From NCBI GenBank assembly GCA_044225175.1, contig JBGAJA010000002.1:146917-210916 (forward strand): a stretch of DNA of 64,000 bases, in the 5' to 3' direction. The position numbers and the translations under genes are program-made. Below the pieces are notes generated by a model, which searched no databases, had not been told where the DNA came from, and saw only the letters and a list, made by a program, of their open reading frames with translations. Below are positions 61,501 through 64,000 of this stretch, piece by piece; within the stretch, counting starts at the first letter, position 1, and the number at the start of each line of letters is the position of its first letter. Source of the stretch: Candidatus Omnitrophota bacterium. Its GTDB lineage: Bacteria; Omnitrophota; Gorgyraeia; Zapsychrales; Fredricksoniimonadaceae.

Positions 61501-64000
61501 GTCGATGGCCAAATGTATATGCTTAAAAAGATCAATGAAAAGACTGGTGAAAATTTAAAGACCGTTTACAGGTTCCAACACAAAGCGATTGAAGAAATAC
61601 GACAAAAAGATTTAGTATCTGCCAGAGCAGTCATGGAGCGTGATTTTGAAATCACCGAGAATCCAAGCTCACAAACAGGATATGAAGTTAAGGCTGATCA
61701 AGGAAGGTTCTTAGGGTTTGCCAGTTCAGCGAAGAACTTGAGTGTTAATCTTAAACCTGGACAACAATGGGAAAATAATTTTAATGATCAAGAGCAAAAA
61801 CAATGGACCATTGTTCGTGATGACAAGGGTAACATTACCTCTGGGATCTTAGATGGCAATGTCTACAACGCCGACAATTATGGACGATTAGTTGCTAATA
61901 ACTTTAATTTCAAATACCGCTATAAAGATGACAAGGGTGAAAAACAAACAGTCCTTTTGTCAACCACAGACAGATATTCCATGCAAGACAATGTGATGAC
62001 CAGAAACCGCATGGCCTGGCAAGTGTCCAGTGAACAGCTTAAGCATTTATCCGCTAAATTCCCAAGATTTAACACGAATAATTGGATTGATCCAAGGACA
62101 GGAGTCATTCATGACAATCAAGGTGCTATTGGTTTAATTTATGATGGCATGATTTTACCTTTGGCAGAAGATGGGACTTTGGATATTGAATTAAATATGC
62201 GCGGGGTAGACATGCTAAGGGCTGCAGGTATTTTGGTGCCTGGTTCATCTTATATGCAAAATCTAGAAGAATTGACGGGTAATTGGAACGATTATGCTAA
62301 AACGATTGAAAGACCTTCTCAGAGCGGATTTAAGTCGATTAATATCAAGTATACTGACTTGCAACAGGGAATTGAAAACGCCAAACAAGAGCAAGACAAA
62401 GCCTTAAGAATGAAAGAGCAGCTTAAGGATTCTAAATTAAACGATGTGGAACGTACCAGGATTGCCCAAGAATTTAACACTTTGATTGAAGCCAAAGCCA
62501 AACAGCAGGGCTTTGTGCTTACTCAAGGAACAGATGGCATGTTAACGATTGAAACAGGAACAGCGTTAGGTTCACACCCATTGGCTGAACTCATCAATGA
62601 GGTGAACAAACTTAAAGGCTTAGGTAAAGAAGAAGGTTCTCAGGAAATCCCTGCTGTCCGTATCAATTCTCATTTGGATGCTGAAGGTGTGGCTGCCAAC
62701 ATGAACAATAAAGAAATGCAAATCGGGCCAAGTACATTGATCTCTGCCTTATTTAGTGTAAGCACACTGGAAGCCGGGGTTTTGAACCACGAAGTGCACC
62801 ATGGTCAAGAACGTTTGGCCAGATGGGTTGGAGAAAAGAAGATTTTGGGTCAGTCTCGTATTGATAATCAAACTGGCTGGTATGTGGATTACAACCGTGG
62901 TGTGTACCATACCAATTTCTCCGTGAACGAATATGCGACCCATGTCATTGAAGCCCATGGTAAATATAGAGAATATGTGAAGCTCATGCAAGATGGAGAT
63001 TGGGAAGAAGCCCGCCATTATGCTTCTGAAGCAGCCAAAGTATTAAATCGCGGACGTAACATTGCTTTGACCAATCATGATATTTATCGCATGGCTAGAC
63101 AGGTAGTTTCCAAGAATTTCTCGAATGTGATTATTGAGGAAGATATTGATCCAGTCAGTAAAGAACGACAAGGACATGGGCATGTGGCCCACATTTTTAT
63201 TCCTAATTCTCAGCAAGAAATTGTTGCCCAATTGGAAATGGCTTTGCCTAAAGATTTGTCGTCTGATCCAGATGCTAGAAAAACATTGATTTTAAAAATG
63301 ATCGATGATTCCTTGGTTGTTTTAAAGGAAGCCCAGGCAGCCATGGGATTAAAAGCCGCTATTTATGAATATTTTCCAGAAGATGAACGTGTGCAAGCCT
63401 TGGAAGCCAAGGTCAATGGCGCAATCGACATTAAAGACACCAACAACTTAGCGACATGGAAATTAACCAGAGAGATTCGCCAAAAATTTGCAGGTAAGGC
63501 CAACGATGATCAGGACGTCAGGCTAATTCTGGAGAACATTTTTAGTCAAACAACTATCCCTGAGAAAACCTCAGCAGGCTATGTTTACACGAATAGCAAA
63601 AATGGCTTTAGCATCACATTAAAAGACAATGGCGACATTTTCAAAGTGGATTTACCGCAAGATTACAGATCACGCATGGTCAGCTTCATGAGAGATTTTG
63701 AAGCAAAAGTCGAACAACGAAAGAGTGAATCAAACGCCATCAGTCAAGACAACAGGGCCAAGTTCTATGCTCAATTAAAGACAGCTTCGCCTCAAGAATT
63801 AGAAAACGGAAAAGAAGAACTCCTTACCTATCAATTGCCTAAAGACCAGGTAGTTAGTTGGTTGAAATATGGTCAAGACCAACGTTATGCCATGGTCCTG
63901 GGAGGAGATAGAAACCTATTTGTCCAAACAGCCGGCTTACTGCACGTTAAATTTGGGACAGACAAGGGTAAAGACAATCAAGCGATTGATGACAGAGACA
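43540..64000 (+). CDS. Giant multidomain protein (at least 6820 aa, 3' end beyond the window): signal/TM, C39 peptidase, hydrophobic hairpins, beta-rich region, two zincin motifs, SecA-like ATPase
   Basis: Frame +1 from ATG 43540 (MDKNEEFENPISS...) reads without a stop in every stretch I translated; the track lists no terminated frame +1 ORF here; motifs NCGVYSL/GEHFV/VEDLG, HEFQH, MGGGKS, DEIH, GLTGT, HEVHH. Confidence 0.9.
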   Translation, partial: MDKNEEFENPISSNEGIKSDGSESVSADNIDIGHSSESSYLKFPENLSPVAASTNPEESFNSIDDKDFRNGSAFGGDPSLIQIPRADQNPFVSNFKQWIKAVAIFVLIVFIPDQISWAFGYNPQVLYKDLPITSAPMSSSVMNMAANDAGKILPHQQISGSVEYLLNQIKDKENLRVQLNVENPKDANKSAAHQLEVDTKIKFDKQTIQEITKWLSQENLNILNCGVYSLQKLLEHRGIKRSLEEIAVLTIATDLMTNIIKIGEPKLKTTLFSMAKVGDALGLNYKAIKLEAKDELTLPTPFIASIKGEHFVTVKKVTDTQVFVEDLGQSKTLDRRIFEDSLTGFAYANVGEHFKSELYEVVPEALQAFVWGDKWRDRTGDLPGLTNWNQVIITGVIQVAMCFIPLAGEYVGASAGITATTTMEVTNSAGELIAAGAIAMAASQLAGNIATVCTMKGACNATTGFLLSTALSVGLTMGASSAAGIAHGGFANNILGKEANPVSKFAVDFAFNFSMGLVAGYASLEATRAVQEAICKDSKKCSGTQAILSQALGTIAGSVASIAATTVTAYGLSQMPGKFGEAVSDTYGFREKNAAKAARENVVNNQPEIKQSGDAIIKAATIDNLPADQVLQIDPHFTDTPQNRAIVQDLQSPTPGTVNEAIGKVRESLTQDYRNEGVGTWAADDAIKNNPDLAPQRAEMIRDLKSGVVLGSDGNYSFNNPTLEPAVLHAMDNANAWHNTSFGQVMSDMAISQLPAIAGQLTGMIAQIVAYKAGGVDPDSGMSQGLNQFFSSAGSLAAGYGMQQSGMVPRSTSENISAAIKTGLIRSAFALGLGIVEDKIIEKPAKGSSARAQWRYEEKLAQLRAFNFVASSFLTGAIIATTDEQNTGIEGVSVDSMKNAIAQRARAKASQEAENNPYMINYATQETDTPQMDTSKGPLYGKMMEDFKTKAGEDAYQATMDSMNVSWGRRALFSSLHIMGNTDNSFVANFMGIPESRNYYTNGSWGPTQGAYGVTPGPNNFVAYSNTLQQLSGWTVNMALQADQMWKDMKETNNLITGMPTSATNVGGLVVADYIGAPQRMTQERLHDQWVLQLFSSKMLNPNRLNYSYINSTLQNANIDNYGHYLPGAIVSALTKPKVYDVTKNEDGSFSYINEDNQKVTLDKQEEQDISYKPVWDDKGNQTTAPIYVDDKAQIAAIKWGLPVVRMATVLGDNGGFNLVQGDVTTMKSGVTGKDETVYVGRGFRGVELDVINHRGNGFIERTWVNPNDERREHIRIGGKAYVDPAELESQLETLRNEGKTLEIQDRTGNLLTITAKTEEELKSKIDSLDDDTVSNFATSYGPSVSNEAVSQEGRDKLKQKLSQDFQAQNSGPQKWGYEYDVSGQAIGFKDTDGEAIALNQVTQRLVEKHNHQMNEATQGLVPIVNGAISAPLVNADGRSLAAENGGNKAAQLLAGRNFWVEGTTESQEMQKFIKTSGGIHNIIGGDGRGFNFNYRGTYDNSSLNLQLPTTTHEMKDGKAQPVFVNQAIFGNKNFSSMYMTGAMSDGTFWSTKDGSAISSAFLSFDSLSGRIAGYNESIVSSKEGLQYNDFQNAYQQQLAPDQKFDSAQMAAAAGPLAAQRYLAAHAFAARLGTLNASPASSMVAFQAFGRDDQRVTDTPLYEDQFVYSPQAKQNAEEPDTYEGSAIPTSHVDSKKLNIQGQGLVYSSANQANMFAINKSVNQNSRFTSGLMTTSPLNVLDQGTLTATVNHGEVVFKSFAEDASGNVTDFAGAPSIQGDTATKSKAFANQLQSPSPLMLSDVQADNEAWKTQFPALDIFSTTNSNSPQLKSMIEEGIKNTNPENSTLTVNFNNGRLANMNFQGYFGTQAGSSSSGILYESQESSGGSKDEGWKGATIAPFVFPSEAALQSNPTLRKLALNDNSQVAATFNSQSGGLQVKFGKGSILYSDSTGGLNPFNPTLDYKGQAYSQNEYNSAIYVGQNSDGSPTHMRFGWVADRDQNGNIKKDARGNTVFLSPTSTLLVDKTTFTNKEIFLNNTSRLDLETFTSEESHVFKVNDASKPFVWNSGNWELPADSKSLSVGVNYVKSQLGKDLTDQKKVADANAMMASSQLGLTPIRGVTEDEQKKFYQAVYSDIKAGPGGVFLYQPTPSETHNQLLSNIFLSPVLNTSLSNPLSQIGVGQVINNMEGSVSNTGDFAQSGSHSILHDLRSKFDQNQSPQPTANADQAPASVRLPAGDKATTTINPLVQGYVNRVDTTAGGVWYGESSRSLHNNVTSENSLILENEPEYAILGQAQFNVGDQTHSFSATTYFRPNSTRIVGQLGQNGYTLRGVGNAESAMDMFDGGYLAVSDNGPHPGLGLGYARTIGIDRVTKNGQEISNGLWTANVGSVRKAIGSILGFPGRSDGSFSLEDGKMVVSSDTATNNLLEGKASFQGFARAENGVEDVAMNFNSLQYTPNNEIMFVATAKDNAQEGKFPISGEAFIGGANPSNGAAGAAAEKTDPGIANIARLRNPQGNKDVVLALVGGTGGNANEQLGVLYSTNGFTFNPNAEGSKYSFVNGTNNSNRVYFGDHNSAWGLGFGIEGGRKVGLEGSEPTYFNNTRQINEAGTITDEEQGFTYVFEGDAKKGSWNLAKEDSLFPDTMNKGLTPQRQAVIYSGKAKGIGITQNYVDFMMNQEGTLQYLPLNANHAKIPRTVVADTPIDSSLDFETSQGIAARASADTGIGLTAFNAPAELSTQNTAEFTSPNSFGDSTPKTNNTSLIETALSSKPVSQTNDLGIDLLLPRQASSAISNMDSSRSPQQILTAPEDPAFESVTGSGLTRQVGTTANGTPIYETEISSDDSLVARAPESVRDVNQITLSYAPMYQGFNHLFEGQFQAEKLGSKNQFISGVQTDAQGNLTGGYIVAAENHEYNNPASLTNRPLAGYQVWLGQDGFAKRGMRSGWVNMTATGTANLALKTGGVVQAEGLLSGINFMAVEGVGQPKFLNFNVAQAQIDGRNFDVTSGVYSEGVNSGKPFVDVTGEHMPLVLSEMSAPRSVPSASSPTDSEHTDTQNPYRDPKITGQLMVDATSNEFMTAAQKAGYRTMNVVNGTSDVTEVNGQERVSVGISNLNNPSLGFSGDFTNTVIGTQGNQPLTYGVQVDSTGKPLARFYAQNDNAINDLIAFDSSATPVNIGGGARGVGGNEVVFLHQATVQGQDGRAQQTKYALSQGVNVKWNAQGAIEQLNGFNHVATDNEGTGANATPNWQLATSKIDNGKAVFSLIGDNAHGSFFLPQSVSSSDDAKQAGNPNQPKAQDINATQLSASIADGVVGLRGDGLAYDLTFGHKGTGSIQTDLRNVNIDNNTGLTDLAYGLQTNINSKDQTSTTNALIADNERQLSFNGEGQILNKNVSAKPADMDSTTYRELASTRANLIGDVQSAYQAFDAVKTSKNDDQRQAAAKELVTALGELQNFSLTDGKFFNHASELSSNISFAISEVEKAAASPVQSQNNQEQAVHSIYLNEIKDLQNKKAQLSQTPTVQELVDKGDNDPIKRQKADENRKELDQVEERLNRLINGGESITEMEHVNDIASGNLDISTIQQNSFLSALGAMKTYDTAVATQDMGKDKMGEASQAAFSQAFADHAAGTALSNLNNDDMYNTVHHEFQHQNINPGQGEIVAFNKLSNLFSADPNSFNAFVPKEYTDSPYERRVMAERIIAANQNGDYAAEVAMEGLGYSQHKLLTLAGSLSDLASIAGIHVSNPIAFNTYRQTDNERFIEDVVSGKIALNGNFGLLDQMDRIKQDELTGVSGGVTKAAQWVSNFGYTFFVPTDDALSQMTNTGMALHASGPASLIASVVTAPISLAAAGSNAARITATEIATEAAANSGVRAAGSAVTEAALNTGAKSAAKFWSTSVNPMNVVNSLSGINSARGLSTAALYPVMRRVGFTAGSVGIANVSNYIAHGEALSSAESGMVAAGAFGTATAFDVLGQANMFKVNAAGQTSNSGIAGRLVTKATGLESGAGYQSLVFGTRLAASEALTVGVPNAISFLNTGHGLSSKTNWTLAGIGLSYPIARVVTSSSFVPVVFSRRLTDAPSVFGTVARMGQSAVSQGLLWGQIDASVAAAHSAMGNGSITASDVFFKNYLPGLGTGAAFGAVTGSMRGVVERPMTPDTMLKKYAAAASIGATANILNGWINHGSNYSTKQMLEDATVGVGMGLFGMAALKNPEWFKSLSTTNKLLVGAGVGSIARITDQAVFHSDSIIGWESEKDHHYTKGRALTDAIVGAGMGALGAHFIGGTKLGGASAESEIAKKMLPENLLSTATSGALKWTYVSPAFTLGQSIWQGRLDKLTARELIDSSIEGPRSGRWMGVAFDAAQVHGTARSVAQLEEAGYSKFGARMVAGFENTVMNMQKGPWEGNLGKHIWSNIIYMPGLMKTVDAFTQAADIGFEVNGQKVFGGLTDLRNSIDGTQNLQPVIGRYVVNDRGEATYAPDTKTSQYFSFGVMTALPAYQPGVSSSNQARTIVDLLRTPNRTEGAAEQGWFKKVVGKTRSYISDLSRTQRRGAFYTGWIPSRFSSSTNNVERAKKVVEASPQAKSTTPTELSTASKVTSAIESYRASMGSQTAEQLTIDQAHMAAEFSKLSATDTDLHAAVGGDVVSFLRDVRQASQRQSVTEALRGLSDGTKRTILGNVDAPSGSIAKLFEAKIKGLDFNNLPKDIDPTLRRTIKDTQSAHDQYTKDLNDAFRLRTAVQFIKGSQGMTDQRARAYEFFRILGAMPEKGAEGLGNAQVKDIEAERVTLERLHQQYLAEGGPVERFIGEIVGSSQRDLVRKAMQLTKKAFSGGSSDARNLDTQNVLTKIRNILVDNMQSRLQVSLQDLGIRVDSHTVDGKKILTLKDATNENRALTDKEKAQAFDRVLRSNISFEQKVFELLILSKSEQGQSWDIDLNDIASIMDFHAVAKEAKDNRTQLAVLDKYMGGGKSEIATMLALAAFHDSGNSFLKGRTLVLASKDGSLLSKWLKLTEKDNSIFNFKPAPLVEVTIPTSRFSTEVLEQLQQRGIVENVEGTTTQVRLKAENLNRDVIKDIAKSEAEDVWKTLENAKEAQDAKRIDFNERLPEGIVVLDYKQIFEYVLNGLETGHSHFKNSVLIGDEIHELLSSAPLISGVSMEVISKGIEEMRKDPKLSAALENDRIFELATAKASTQTQESLSKRVLASHVEKAGFNYSQLMGEIERLGYVQKDAQGNYRVTDSFKKDKNTLKDQLSGQYSQDQISHVEWMLDRSQNDAFYNLVTHKDGGRFAPEFTKEAQEAIQEQLTAQREIENPYSDAGGADKFKDFLDKLAWISLARSEKADGTMVDFFKDKDGKLNFTPADPFNGGKKNVGQVWNDDQLVRAAFAYEGARGEQVNATDRLEKVYHQMGLQATSSDVIKAFDQVFGLTGTMNESPNVSLFASKVNRFVRSITSRDVQTTFRLGGNETIRTSWNNFLSKINGKLGFGIIHKIGKESVKALNDQILESTDHAGRLVKDKNGEYELQVEISKGEWVKASEEQAAKIKTVVIMAENQESWGQDQAASMKGQENTVITFADIADITKEWKSVIKNSEELTGVLKLLSGKNILAIGQFGPGLSIEAVDGYRGLEIITSPTSSDRILQQSTRMNTLNSKGKKSFAVSRMEGEVEVILDGNEFHLSSNQTQTLRLQQAKLDRAQEKVNANPNDTQAKAELENAQREHREAFEGTFREIGKGIISTSIVSTMAHQKGGSFEQAIHRLNQIYEHLDANAARLQMKSTNLPQAYLLNPMGVGVFNVYSEGKTQFKSGVKNAATIVTPGSQLALDQFGNIIYGGQHGVVVDPMSGWIYDLQDYQKDPTLKGVQALGSIVDVDQPTTIQGFNGTFTTEKAKAVMLFDDSSLEGAAESKARVGRVMTKAVLNGTNQMVDIEDSWVSPHQTGAPEHAGGTIKNAALFGLPANIKVSKVQTTKHGTAYRLVYSQHDGQDELHAAIVDGQMYMLKKINEKTGENLKTVYRFQHKAIEEIRQKDLVSARAVMERDFEITENPSSQTGYEVKADQGRFLGFASSAKNLSVNLKPGQQWENNFNDQEQKQWTIVRDDKGNITSGILDGNVYNADNYGRLVANNFNFKYRYKDDKGEKQTVLLSTTDRYSMQDNVMTRNRMAWQVSSEQLKHLSAKFPRFNTNNWIDPRTGVIHDNQGAIGLIYDGMILPLAEDGTLDIELNMRGVDMLRAAGILVPGSSYMQNLEELTGNWNDYAKTIERPSQSGFKSINIKYTDLQQGIENAKQEQDKALRMKEQLKDSKLNDVERTRIAQEFNTLIEAKAKQQGFVLTQGTDGMLTIETGTALGSHPLAELINEVNKLKGLGKEEGSQEIPAVRINSHLDAEGVAANMNNKEMQIGPSTLISALFSVSTLEAGVLNHEVHHGQERLARWVGEKKILGQSRIDNQTGWYVDYNRGVYHTNFSVNEYATHVIEAHGKYREYVKLMQDGDWEEARHYASEAAKVLNRGRNIALTNHDIYRMARQVVSKNFSNVIIEEDIDPVSKERQGHGHVAHIFIPNSQQEIVAQLEMALPKDLSSDPDARKTLILKMIDDSLVVLKEAQAAMGLKAAIYEYFPEDERVQALEAKVNGAIDIKDTNNLATWKLTREIRQKFAGKANDDQDVRLILENIFSQTTIPEKTSAGYVYTNSKNGFSITLKDNGDIFKVDLPQDYRSRMVSFMRDFEAKVEQRKSESNAISQDNRAKFYAQLKTASPQELENGKEELLTYQLPKDQVVSWLKYGQDQRYAMVLGGDRNLFVQTAGLLHVKFGTDKGKDNQAIDDRD
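43753..43767. repeat. CCGCC/GGCGG mini-hairpin in frame within the giant gene
   Basis: TCCGCC TTT GGCGGA encoding SAFGG. Confidence 0.55.

Noticed and set aside
43645-63231. Many short ORFs in the track, initially suggesting a non-coding, decayed or recoded region
   Set aside because: They are antisense or off-frame shadows of the continuous frame +1 giant ORF; no alternative genetic code is needed

Overview
Bacterial chromosome segment spanning the replication origin. Left of oriC (minus strand): thrS, three tRNAs, coaC, rpoZ, two inserted envelope genes, gmk, yicC, ndk, parB, parA, a pilin/HAMP/HAMP/pilin cassette, a Jag_N-only gene, yidC, yidD and rpmH, with no rnpA. Right of oriC (plus strand): dnaA, dnaN, dciA-like, gyrB, gyrA, tRNA-Glu, GST, nitrilase and mdh. 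These are followed by an unusual Tad/Flp pilus locus (PPIase lipoprotein, cpaB, secretin fused to TonB_C, CpaE-CpaF fusion, 12 consecutive class III prepilin-like genes, tadB, tadC) and a REP-associated tyrosine transposase flanked by four 23-bp palindromes. Last is a giant ORF missing from the ORF track (43540 to beyond 64000, at least 6820 codons), which I translated by hand in selected stretches. It carries a signal/TM segment, a C39 cysteine peptidase triad, hydrophobic helical hairpins, a long beta-rich region, two HExxH zincin motifs and a divergent SecA-like ATPase. Tad pili plus giant genes suggest Ca. Omnitrophota or a similar host-attacking bacterium (inference, no search run). All domain calls are from motif reading by eye.
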